DNA from: Terracidiphilus sp.
GTDB lineage: Bacteria > Acidobacteriota > Terriglobia > Terriglobales > Acidobacteriaceae
Length of the DNA stretch: 64,000 nt
Direction of reading: 5' to 3'
NCBI GenBank assembly: GCA_049511595.1
Contig: JBEKXX010000001.1
Span: forward strand, 676 to 64,675
Numbering within the stretch: the stretch's first letter is position 1; each line of letters starts with the position of its first letter. The notes under the pieces are model-generated. The model ran no database searches. It was not told the DNA's origin and worked only from the letters and a program-made list of their open reading frames with translations. Both the position numbers and the translations under genes were made by a program. Shown one piece after another: positions 35,165 to 43,520 of the stretch.

Positions 35165-37693
35165 CTATTGTTGCAGGATCGGTTCGAGCTGGTGAAGAGC
35201 AGCGGTCATGCCGGCGCGGTCGCCGTTCTGGACGGCGGTGAAGAGCGCGATCCAGGAGGCGCGGCCGTTGCTGAAGGCGGGTGAGGCTGAAAGGATTTGA
35301 AGCGACCCGGTAAAATCCCAAACCGCCGCCTCCAGCATTACAGACTTCGACAGGAGCACTTTTTCCGTTTGCCGCGCCGCGTTTTTGTCTCCCGCGCCCC
35401 ACTGGCAGGCGAACTCGATGGTGTCTCGCACCACGGCCTGCGGCGCGGATAAGGAGTCGTCGGTGAGGACTGCCACGCGCTGAATACACGCGGAGTAGCG
35501 TGCGGCCATAAAACTGACTTCCATAATGTTCATTTGCGTTTCGGCCCAATCCTCGGGCAGATCGGCTTTGGTGTCCACCTCAAGCGCACTTTGATAAGCC
35601 TGGACGGCCTGGTCGAACAAAACCCTGGCTTGGTCCCCTCCGGTATGCAACGCCTCGCTTGCCAGCGCGTCGCCCAGATCGAGCTGCGCCGTCGCCCAGT
35701 ATTGCGGCAGATCGGCTTTGGTGAAGACCTCAAGCGACTTTTCAAACGCCTGCACGGATTGAGCGAGGAGGGGGCCTGCTTTATCCCCGCTGGCGCGCAG
35801 CCCCTCCTGCATCCATGTCAAACCGAGATTGATTTGCGCTCTCCCCCAGTCCTGAGGCAGATCGGCCTTGGTGTAAACTTCCAGCGCGCTTTGATAGGCC
35901 TGCGCCGCCCGATCGAAGAGGGCGGGGGCGTTTTCGTCGCTGGCGCGAATTGCCTCATCCTCGAGCGCGCTTCCCAGGTTGTTCTGGATCTGGGCCCAAG
36001 CCTGCGGAAGGCCGTCCCTGGTGATCACCTCAAGTGCGCTCTTGAAGGCTTGCACAGCCCGATCGAGCAGAGCGGCGTTGTTCGCCTGGCTGGATCTCAG
36101 GCCCTCGTCCATCAAGGCAAGGCCCAAAGCATCCTGGGTAATGGCCCAGCGCTGAGGGAGGTCAGCTTTGGTATCGACTTCAAGCGCGTTTCCGAAGGCC
36201 TGCACCGCAGCGTCAAGCAGAGCAACGGCCTTTGCGCCGACGGCGTGCTCGCTTTCCCGGGTCAGCGCAACTCCGAGGCTGAATTGGGTTCTGGCCCATT
36301 CCTGGGGCTGGTTGGCCCTGGTGGTGACCTCGAGCGCCTGATGAAAGGCCTGCACAGCCTGGTCGAATAGCGCAGTGGCCTTGTCGCCGCTGGCGCGCTG
36401 AGCCTGGTCCGCAAGCGCGTTTCCGAGATCGTTTTGCGTGGCGGCCCAGTCCTGGGGCTGATCGGCTCTGGTGCGTACGGCAAGCGCGTCCTGGTAAGCA
36501 TGGGCCGCTCGATCGTAGAGAGCCGCAGCCTTGTCACCGCTCACACGGGCCGCCTCATCGGCCAGTGCGCTGCCCAGACCGGCTTGCGCCGCTGCGCTCT
36601 CGCGGCGATCGCCCAACGCGGCATAGTCGCGCGCCAGCGACTCGAAATCCTCCACGGATTGAGCCAGCAGGCCTAGGCTCTGGCTGGCGGGCGAAACCTC
36701 GCCCTCAGCTTTGCGCGCAGCGCCCAGGTCAGAAACGGCTCGCAGCCACAACTCGTTAAAACCCCTATCGCCGGGATGCTTCCCGTGTTCGGCAGCAGCG
36801 GTGGCTGCGGCGGTTTCGAGGGTCTGCGTGGCGAGGCGATACTGCTCGGCGAGTTGCGAGGCGCTCGCGCTCTGCTCGCGGTCGTTGATCAACTGGCGCA
36901 GCTTGTCGCGGCGGGCGTTGAGAAAGGCTTGTTCTTCGGCGTCGAGTTCGTCCTTGTCGGCGGCGGCGGCCTCGTCAAATAACTGCGCGGCGCTGGCGTA
37001 GTGCTTGAGCGCAACCTCGGCCAAGGCCTTTTGCTCGGTGGTGGCCTGCGCCGGCTGACGCTGGATGTTCTGCGCCCATTGCTGCACCTGCTGGTTGACC
37101 TGGCCGGCGGAAAAACCATTCGCCTGGGCCCATTCGGCGATGGCGGCGCCAAGGTCGACCTTCTGGTTCTGCGCCTCGGCAACTTCGGCCTTCAGCGCCA
37201 GGTTTTGTTTCTTGAGGCTGTTGACCTGAAGCAACATGCGGTGCAGGGCCGCTTCGATCTGCGCCGGGCCGGTGAGCGCGAGCGAGCCTTTCGGCAGCAG
37301 GCTGACCTGGACGGTTGCGGGCAGCGCGGCAGCCTTTCCCTCGGCGGACCGGAAGTCGGGTAATTGGCCGTCGGCTGGCTCGTAGATGACCAGGCCGGTT
37401 GCGCCTGCGATCTCAATGCGCAGATTTCCACGCTGCGACGCGTCGGGCGAAACCAGCAGCAATGCCTCGCCCCCGGAGTTGGTGACCTGCTGCGCGTCGG
37501 TGATGGTCAATCCGCTATCGAGATAGCTGAGCGCGACACGGACGCCTTTGACCGGTTGGCGCGGTTGCGGCAGCACGTTGACCACCAGCACCATGACGTT
37601 CTGCTCCGGCGTGGGCTTTTGCGCGCCCGCGGAAGCGGCTACGCAGCCTATTCCCAGCAAAAGAAGAACTGCCTTGCCCAGCCTGTTCTTCAT
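35165..37693 (-). CDS. Secreted TPR-repeat protein (about seven 50-aa repeats)
   Basis: Signal peptide MKNRLGKAVLLLLGIGCVAASAGA; beta-rich N-domain; coiled coil; repeats W-A-x-T-Q-x-x-L-G-x-A-L...A-V-Q-A-F/Y-x-x-A-L-E-V-x-T-K-A-D-L-P with a 150-bp period. Confidence 0.85.
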   Translation of the reverse strand: MKNRLGKAVLLLLGIGCVAASAGAQKPTPEQNVMVLVVNVLPQPRQPVKGVRVALSYLDSGLTITDAQQVTNSGGEALLLVSPDASQRGNLRIEIAGATGLVIYEPADGQLPDFRSAEGKAAALPATVQVSLLPKGSLALTGPAQIEAALHRMLLQVNSLKKQNLALKAEVAEAQNQKVDLGAAIAEWAQANGFSAGQVNQQVQQWAQNIQRQPAQATTEQKALAEVALKHYASAAQLFDEAAAADKDELDAEEQAFLNARRDKLRQLINDREQSASASQLAEQYRLATQTLETAAATAAAEHGKHPGDRGFNELWLRAVSDLGAARKAEGEVSPASQSLGLLAQSVEDFESLARDYAALGDRRESAAAQAGLGSALADEAARVSGDKAAALYDRAAHAYQDALAVRTRADQPQDWAATQNDLGNALADQAQRASGDKATALFDQAVQAFHQALEVTTRANQPQEWARTQFSLGVALTRESEHAVGAKAVALLDAAVQAFGNALEVDTKADLPQRWAITQDALGLALMDEGLRSSQANNAALLDRAVQAFKSALEVITRDGLPQAWAQIQNNLGSALEDEAIRASDENAPALFDRAAQAYQSALEVYTKADLPQDWGRAQINLGLTWMQEGLRASGDKAGPLLAQSVQAFEKSLEVFTKADLPQYWATAQLDLGDALASEALHTGGDQARVLFDQAVQAYQSALEVDTKADLPEDWAETQMNIMEVSFMAARYSACIQRVAVLTDDSLSAPQAVVRDTIEFACQWGAGDKNAARQTEKVLLSKSVMLEAAVWDFTGSLQILSASPAFSNGRASWIALFTAVQNGDRAGMTAALHQLEPILQQ

Positions 37694-37775
37694 GGGAACC
37701 TCGCCTAAAACAATTGCTTGATTTTGCTTGCAGTGTAGCACCTCTTCCGGCCGGGAAATCCGATATGCCGATCTC

Positions 37776-37814
37776 TTTCGCGGTGCGCTAGAGGCTGGCA
37801 GGAGGACCGGGCGG
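37776..37814 (+). repeat. Direct-repeat copy of the rnpB promoter -10 region and 5' end
   Basis: TTTCGCGGTGCGCTAGAGGCTGGCAGGAGGACCGGGCGG is 35/39 identical to 39714-39752. Confidence 0.88.
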
Positions 37815-38042
37815 ATGGGCGTTGGGGGCGGGAGCGCTGAAGACAAGAAGGCTGGCGGCGAGGATGGCGGATGGGATTCCTGGCAAGTGGGGCATTTCGA
37901 TTGGATTCCTTTGCGATGCGGGGTTCCTGGCTTGCGGCTCTCGTGGCTCTTTATATCAAACCAATGTGGGCTTCGCCCCAGGGCGGATGCTTGCGATGTG
38001 GATGTTGGTTAAAATAGAGGCAGTTCAGGGAGAGAGGCGTCG

Positions 38043-38333
38043 ATGCGGCCTTCGGAGATACTGCCGCTGCACCGGGAGACCATTCGCCGGCTTGTGTCGC
38101 AAGCGGGAATGGCGAACCCGCGCGTATTCGGGAGCGTGGTGCGCGGCGAGGACACCGAAGACAGCGATCTGGACATTCTGGTGGACCCCGCCCCACGGAC
38201 GAGTTTGCTGGATCTCGCCGGCCTTCAGATTGATATTGCAGAGAAGACCGGAGCCAACGTTGACCTCCTGACTCCAAATTGTCTTCCAGTGAAGTTTCGG
38301 CAGAGGGTTCTGGACGAGGCCCAGCCGGTATGA
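38043..38333 (+). CDS. mntA: Minimal nucleotidyltransferase antitoxin (MntA-like)
   Basis: RVFGSVVRGEDTEDSDLDILVD (GS-x10-DxD), VDLLT. Confidence 0.9.
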   Translation: MRPSEILPLHRETIRRLVSQAGMANPRVFGSVVRGEDTEDSDLDILVDPAPRTSLLDLAGLQIDIAEKTGANVDLLTPNCLPVKFRQRVLDEAQPV

Positions 38334-38698
38334 GCCAGCATCCGGAGCGCGTCGGGGATTATCTCGAACACATACTCGCCGCCGTCGATCGCATTCAGCG
38401 ATATATCGCGGGCAAGTCTGTGGCCGACTTCATGGCCGACACGATTCTTCAGGATGCCGTGCTGCGGAACCTCGGTGTCGTTGGCGAAGCAGCACGCAAG
38501 CTAATTGCTGACTCTCCAGAGTACGCGGCACTGCATCCGGAGATTCCGCTGGCGAAGATCAATGCGACACGAAACCGGATTATCCATGCCTACGAAGAGG
38601 TTGATCTGGACATAATCTGGAATCTGCTTTTGTACGATGTCTCCGTTCTCCGGCCAAAGATCGTCGAGGCGCTGAATGCGATCAAGAGAGAGCAGTAG
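38330..38698 (+). CDS. hepT: HEPN/DUF86 ribonuclease toxin (HepT-like)
   Basis: YLEHIL, DAVLRNLGVVGEA, RNRIIHAY (R-x4-H plus the downstream Tyr); ATGA overlap with the MNT gene. Confidence 0.9.
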   Translation: MSQHPERVGDYLEHILAAVDRIQRYIAGKSVADFMADTILQDAVLRNLGVVGEAARKLIADSPEYAALHPEIPLAKINATRNRIIHAYEEVDLDIIWNLLLYDVSVLRPKIVEALNAIKREQ

Positions 38699-38741
38699 GC
38701 GAATAGTCTAGCGCGCGAAAAAGCGGGAAGAACGTAAGGTG

Positions 38742-39707
38742 ATGGAGATGGAAGATCAAGAGTTGCAACAAACTGGAACCCCGCCGAAGCCTGAGGGACT
38801 GCTCTATCATTACACGGATGAAAAAGGGCTCTATGGAATACTTGACAGTGGAGAGATATGGGCGACACACTATCGTTTCCTAAATGACCTGGCAGAGCAA
38901 AAAGAAGGCTCCGCCCTCCTATATTCATTTCTCGACGAAACAAATCTCGAATACACAAGACTATACCGAAACGAGATTAAGATGTTGTTCGACTATGACC
39001 TTACTCATATGCAACTGTTTGTAGCATCGTTCTCTGGGGATTCCGCAGATGCCGTCGGCGGAGACCGGCTAAGTCAATGGCGCGGGTACTCTCCAAATCG
39101 GACCGGTTTCAGTCTTGGATTTGACGGCAGCCTTTTGAGAGCCAAAGCTGAGAGCCTAATGGTCAAGACAGTGCTAGCGGTATTTCTGTGGCAATGCGTT
39201 TATTCAAAAGAGGGCAAGAATGAGATAGAGAGAAAAATCACGTCAGTTTTCGAGGAAAAGGTTGAGATGAATCTCAACGCTTTTTCCCAGAAATGGGCAC
39301 ATTTCAGTAGAGAAAATGTTGAGATGGGCCAGTTGAATCGAGAAAAAAGGAGGCAGGAGTTTCGTGAAATTGCGTTTTACCCGCTTCGTGACGAATTTCT
39401 AAGGTGGTGTGCAACCCTGAAGCATGAAGGATTTAATGAGGAGCGCGAGTGGAGGTTAGCTTGTTATGTCCACGAGGAGGTTACAGATTTGAAATTTGTC
39501 CAGCTCCGGGACAGGCAATATGGGCACACTCCCAACATTCAGGTCCCTCTCGGCTTATCTGATTCAGATTCCCCGTTGAAGCGGATTGTTGTGGGTCCGT
39601 CCCAAAATCATGAGCAAGCCGCTATCAGCTTAGGGATTGAACTCGCGAAGAGGGGTCTCAAGGGTGTTAAGGTCGTCCCCTCCCAAATCCCATACCGCAA
39701 CTGGTAA
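38742..39707 (+). CDS. DUF2971-domain protein, low GC
   Basis: LYHYT...LND..E, FVASFS...DRLSQWRGY, KHEGFNEEREWR; GC 27/60 and 23/60 at 38881-39000 versus 42/60 in xylB. Confidence 0.8.
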   Translation: MEMEDQELQQTGTPPKPEGLLYHYTDEKGLYGILDSGEIWATHYRFLNDLAEQKEGSALLYSFLDETNLEYTRLYRNEIKMLFDYDLTHMQLFVASFSGDSADAVGGDRLSQWRGYSPNRTGFSLGFDGSLLRAKAESLMVKTVLAVFLWQCVYSKEGKNEIERKITSVFEEKVEMNLNAFSQKWAHFSRENVEMGQLNREKRRQEFREIAFYPLRDEFLRWCATLKHEGFNEEREWRLACYVHEEVTDLKFVQLRDRQYGHTPNIQVPLGLSDSDSPLKRIVVGPSQNHEQAAISLGIELAKRGLKGVKVVPSQIPYRNW

Positions 39708-39730
39708 ATCCCATTTCGGGGTACACTAAA

Positions 39731-40259
39731 GGCTGGCAGGAGGACCGGGCGGTCGCTGCCGGAAGTCCTTGCGCGAGCGGGGGTTGCCGGGAGAGGAAAG
39801 TCCGAACTCCGCAGGGCAGTGTGCCGGATAACGTCCGGGACGTGAGCGTGAAGGCTCACGGACGGCCAGTGCCACAGAAAACATACCGCCTCGGCTACCC
39901 CTCTTCGGAGGGTCTCCGGAATGGCCCTACAGGTTCGCCTGGACGGCCAGTCCCGCCGGGGTAAGGGTGAAAAGGTGCGGTAAGAGCGCACCGCTCCGGC
40001 AGTAATGCCGGAGGCAGGGTAAACCCCACACGGAGCAAGACCAAATAGGGAGGGAAGCCGGGGCCAAGAGCCAGGCGCCGGCTGCGCATCGGCCCGATGC
40101 GGCAAGGCGGCTCCAAGCGGGGCCCCCGACGACAGGTTTTCGTCGTTGGGGTGTTCACGTGCCGGAACCTCCGGGTAGGTCGCTGACGAGCGCCCGCGGC
40201 AACGCGGCGCCTAGAGGAATGACCGCATAAACAGAATTCGGCTTACGAGTCCTTTTGCC
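39731..40259 (+). ncRNA. rnpB: RNase P RNA (type A, extended)
   Basis: GAGGAAAGTCC, AGTGCCACAGAAA, GGTGAAAAGGTGCGGTAAGAGCGCAC, GGTAAACCCC..GGAGCAA and AAACAGAATTCGGCTTAC; P1 pairs 39735-45 with 40249-59; TACACT -10 at 39722-27. Confidence 0.97.
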
Positions 40260-40310
40260 GAATGAAGACGGCTCCGATTGGCGGGTGATTGCCGTCAGGA
40301 GCAAGACGAC

Positions 40311-40342
40311 AGCCCCGGCTGGGTAAACACCCTACCGGGGCT
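40311..40342. terminator. Hairpin downstream of rnpB
   Basis: AGCCCCGG...GGGT-AAAC-ACCC...CCGGGGCT; no U tract, so it may be a REP instead. Confidence 0.35.
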
Positions 40343-40352
40343 GACCAGTCTT

Positions 40353-40510
40353 AGCGGAGTTAGCGGTGTTCGCGTAGTTGGAATCGGGCATGTTCGTGCG
40401 CTCTCCGCTTCCAAGTGTCAGTGAGCCCGCTCTGAAAACAAGGTGCCCAGTGCAAGCTTCCATGCATCAATCTAGCTCCGCTAACCCCGCTAGCCCCGCC
40501 AATTCCGCTA
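40353..40510. repeat. Inverted pair of 9-mer arrays enclosing a core of about 94 bp
   Basis: AGCGGAGTT AGCGGTGTT CGCGTAGTT (40353-79) faces AGCTCCGCT AACCCCGCT AGCCCCGCC AATTCCGCT (40474-510). Confidence 0.75.
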
Positions 40511-40520
40511 CTATCAATCC

Positions 40521-40955
40521 ATGTTGCGAGTGAAGCGATTGGAGGCGGAGGCGCAGCTGCCTGTGGTGGCGCATCCGGGCGAGGACCTGGGCTATGACCT
40601 GTTTGCGCTGGAGGCGGTGCGGCTGGCGCCCCGCGTCACGGTGAAAGTGAGAACGGGAATCGCCGTAGAAGCGCGCGACCCCGCCACTGGCGCGCCCTTG
40701 GGATTGCTGGTGCGCGACCGCTCGTCGATGGCGGCGCGGGGGATTGCCACTACGGGCGGCGTGATCGACGCAGGCTACCGCGGAGAAATCCTGGTGGTGA
40801 TGACCAACCTGGGCGATGCGGCCGTGGAGTTGAAGGCGGGCGAGAAGATCGCGCAGATGGTTCCGGTGCCTGTGCTCACCGGGCCGGTGGAAGAAGCCGA
40901 GGACCTGGAAGGCTCTTTGCGGGCTGCGAAAGGGTTTGGAAGCACAGGGAAATAG
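40521..40955 (+). CDS. dut: dUTP diphosphatase
   Basis: GYDL, VRTGI, RDRSSMA, GVIDAGYRGEI, GEKIAQ, KGFGSTG. Confidence 0.95.
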   Translation: MLRVKRLEAEAQLPVVAHPGEDLGYDLFALEAVRLAPRVTVKVRTGIAVEARDPATGAPLGLLVRDRSSMAARGIATTGGVIDAGYRGEILVVMTNLGDAAVELKAGEKIAQMVPVPVLTGPVEEAEDLEGSLRAAKGFGSTGK

Positions 40956-41020
40956 GGACTGAGGGTCTGGGGGCCCAGGAACCGCGCGTTGGCCAGGTTC
41001 GTATCATAAAGGGCAGGAAC

Positions 41021-42247
41021 ATGCCACTTCGAGAGGCCTTCAAACTCGCGCTGCAATCTCTGTGGGGCAACAAGATGCGCACCACTCTGACTCTGATCGG
41101 CGTGGTGATGGCGGTGGCAGCGCTGATTATGGTCATTACGCTGGTGAATGGCGCCAACCGCTATGTGGCCACCAAACTTTCGGGCTACGGCGCCGACGTA
41201 TTCACCGTAACCCGGATGGCGAGCGTGATCTTCAGCGCGGACGATTATTTCCGCTACCAGAAACGCAAGATTCTTCGCATTGAGGACTACCAGGCGGTGC
41301 GCGACGCCTGCACGGAATGCAGCGAAGTCGGTGCGCTGCTGGACCGGTCGACGAACGTGGTGGCGAACGGGCACTCGAGCAATAACACCGAGGTGCGCGG
41401 CTACACGTGGACAATGCTGTCGCTGAACAACATCGACATTGCGATCGGGCGCGGATTTACGCCGGCCGACGAAGAACACGGCACCCACGATGCGATTGTG
41501 GGCTACGACATTGTGGACAACATTCTGGGTGTGGGCGACCCGATCGGCAAGGAAATTCGCGTGGACGGAATTCCGTACACGATCGTAGGCGTCGGCGAGC
41601 GGCAGGGCAAAACGCTCGGGCAATCGCAGGACAACTGGGTGGCCGTGCCCATCAGCACGTATCAGCAAATTTACGGATACAACGATTCGGTGGACATCTA
41701 CGCGCGGGCCGTGGGCGGCGCACAGGCGATGACACGGGCCGAGGACGAGGTGCGCGTGCTGATGCGCACGCGGCGGCACGATGCGCCGGGAACGCCGGAT
41801 GACTTTGAGGTGGAGACGAACGACACTTTTCTGGATATCTGGAAGCAGATCAGCTCGCTGTTCGCCGGCATCGTGCTGGGACTGGCTTCGATCGCGCTGG
41901 TGGTGGGCGGCGTGGTGATCATGAACATCATGCTGGTGAGCGTGACGGAGAGGACGCGCGAGATCGGCGTGCGTAAGGCGCTGGGCGCCAGGCAGCGCGA
42001 TGTGCTGATGCAGTTTCTGATTGAGAGCGCAACCATGGCGACCGCGGGAGGAGCCATTGGCGTGGCGTGCGGGATTCTGGCGGGAAAGCTGATCACGCTC
42101 GTCATCGGATTCCCGACCAGCGCGCCGATCTGGGCGATCTTTCTTGGTTTGTTCCTGGCCGGGTCTGTGGGAATCTTCTTCGGCGTGTATCCGGCGAGCA
42201 AGGCGGCGAAGCTGGACCCGGTAGTGGCGCTGCGCGCGGAATTGTAA
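41021..42247 (+). CDS. MacB/FtsX-family ABC permease
   Basis: NKMRTTLTLIGVV, MNIMLVSVTERTREIGVRKALGA, YPASKAAKLDPVVALR. Confidence 0.95.
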   Translation: MPLREAFKLALQSLWGNKMRTTLTLIGVVMAVAALIMVITLVNGANRYVATKLSGYGADVFTVTRMASVIFSADDYFRYQKRKILRIEDYQAVRDACTECSEVGALLDRSTNVVANGHSSNNTEVRGYTWTMLSLNNIDIAIGRGFTPADEEHGTHDAIVGYDIVDNILGVGDPIGKEIRVDGIPYTIVGVGERQGKTLGQSQDNWVAVPISTYQQIYGYNDSVDIYARAVGGAQAMTRAEDEVRVLMRTRRHDAPGTPDDFEVETNDTFLDIWKQISSLFAGIVLGLASIALVVGGVVIMNIMLVSVTERTREIGVRKALGARQRDVLMQFLIESATMATAGGAIGVACGILAGKLITLVIGFPTSAPIWAIFLGLFLAGSVGIFFGVYPASKAAKLDPVVALRAEL

Positions 42248-42250
42248 AGG

Positions 42251-43516
42251 GTGGTCATGGCTCGATCCGGGCAAACCCGCGAATCGGTGAAGATGGCGCT
42301 GGATACGCTGCGCACGAACAAGATGCGTTCGGGGCTGACGATTCTCGGCATCGTGATCGGCGTCTCCACCGTGATTGCGATCTCGTCGGTGATCAGCGGG
42401 CTGAACAACCGCGTGTCGGACTGGGTGAGCTCGCTGGGATCGAATGTGATCTGGGTGTTCCACATGCCCGTGATCGGCGTTCGGCCTACGGCCGAGATTC
42501 TGGCGCGCAAGAAGCTCACGCTCGACGACGTGCTGGCGTTGCGTCGGCTACCGCACGTGGTGGCCGCGGACGGCGGAATCCAGCATGTGAAGCCGCAGTT
42601 CCGCGTAGGCGATGTGTCTGTGAAGTACAACGGGAAGAAGGTGGCGGGGACGATTTTGCAGGGAGACACTTCCGAGATTTCAGATGTGAGCGACTTGACA
42701 ATGCAAGAGGGGCGGATATTTACCGATGCCGAAGATGCGCGCGCCGCCCATGTGGTTGTGATCGGACACGACACATGGCAGGAGCTGTTCGGGAACGAGC
42801 CGGCAGTGGGCAAAGAAGTGGCGATTGAGTCGGGGTTGTACACGGTAATCGGCGTGCTCGACCCGCGCAAACAGCCTTTCGGCGGAGGAAAAAACCCTGC
42901 CGACAATATGGTGTTCTTCCCGTTGAATACATTCCATAACTTGCATCCGGAAGACAAGGACATGTGGGTGAGCGTGAAATACGATGACGTGAAGAACAAG
43001 CCGTTGGTGCAGGAGGAGGTTCGCGAACTGCTGCGCATACGCCGCAAGGTGCGCGTGGACAAGCCGGATGACTTTGAAATCTTCGGGCCGGATTCGCTGA
43101 GCCGGCTCTGGGATCAATTGACCACGGGGCTTGTGATTTTCATGATTGCCGTCTCCAGCGTGGGACTGATGGTGGGCGGCGTGGGTGTAATGAACATCAT
43201 GCTGGTGAGCGTGACGGAGCGGACCCGCGAGATCGGAGTGCGAAAAGCAATAGGCGCGACCAAACGCATGATCCTGACGCAGTTCACCGTGGAGGCGGTG
43301 ACACTGTGTTCGATTGGCGGCGTGGTGGGGATTCTAGTGGGCGCGGCGATCACGTGGATCGTGTACTTCTTGCCGATCGGGTTGCCGGCCACGCTCTCAA
43401 CCACCTGGGTGACGATTGGCTTCGCAGCGTCGTGCGCGATCGGGTTGCTGTTCGGCATTTATCCTGCGTGGAAGGCGGCAAAACTGGATCCGATTGAGGC
43501 GCTGAGATACGAGTAA
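42251..43516 (+). CDS. MacB/FtsX-family ABC permease (paralogue)
   Basis: NKMRSGLTILGIVIG, MNIMLVSVTERTREIG, YPAWKAAKLDPIEALRYE. Confidence 0.95.
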   Translation: MVMARSGQTRESVKMALDTLRTNKMRSGLTILGIVIGVSTVIAISSVISGLNNRVSDWVSSLGSNVIWVFHMPVIGVRPTAEILARKKLTLDDVLALRRLPHVVAADGGIQHVKPQFRVGDVSVKYNGKKVAGTILQGDTSEISDVSDLTMQEGRIFTDAEDARAAHVVVIGHDTWQELFGNEPAVGKEVAIESGLYTVIGVLDPRKQPFGGGKNPADNMVFFPLNTFHNLHPEDKDMWVSVKYDDVKNKPLVQEEVRELLRIRRKVRVDKPDDFEIFGPDSLSRLWDQLTTGLVIFMIAVSSVGLMVGGVGVMNIMLVSVTERTREIGVRKAIGATKRMILTQFTVEAVTLCSIGGVVGILVGAAITWIVYFLPIGLPATLSTTWVTIGFAASCAIGLLFGIYPAWKAAKLDPIEALRYE

Positions 43517-43520
43517 AAGC

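Larger units (their letters stand above)
37776..39752. mobile_element. Putative integrated islet at the 5' end of rnpB (MNT-HEPN + DUF2971)
   Basis: Bounded by a 39-bp direct repeat; accessory, partly low-GC cargo; no recombinase inside. Confidence 0.6.

Noticed and set aside
35160-35549. 5' extension of the TIR ORF given by the ORF track
   Set aside because: It overlaps the TPR gene in another frame; the TIR fold starts at M(AM)VKYDVF.
37815-38042. Integrase or transposase remnant inside the rnpB islet
   Set aside because: No recognisable recombinase motifs in any frame.
40380-40473. Cores between inverted arrays as remnants of small mobile genes (four-helix-bundle or GxxExxY types)
   Set aside because: No convincing translated motif in either core; TBLASTX would be needed.
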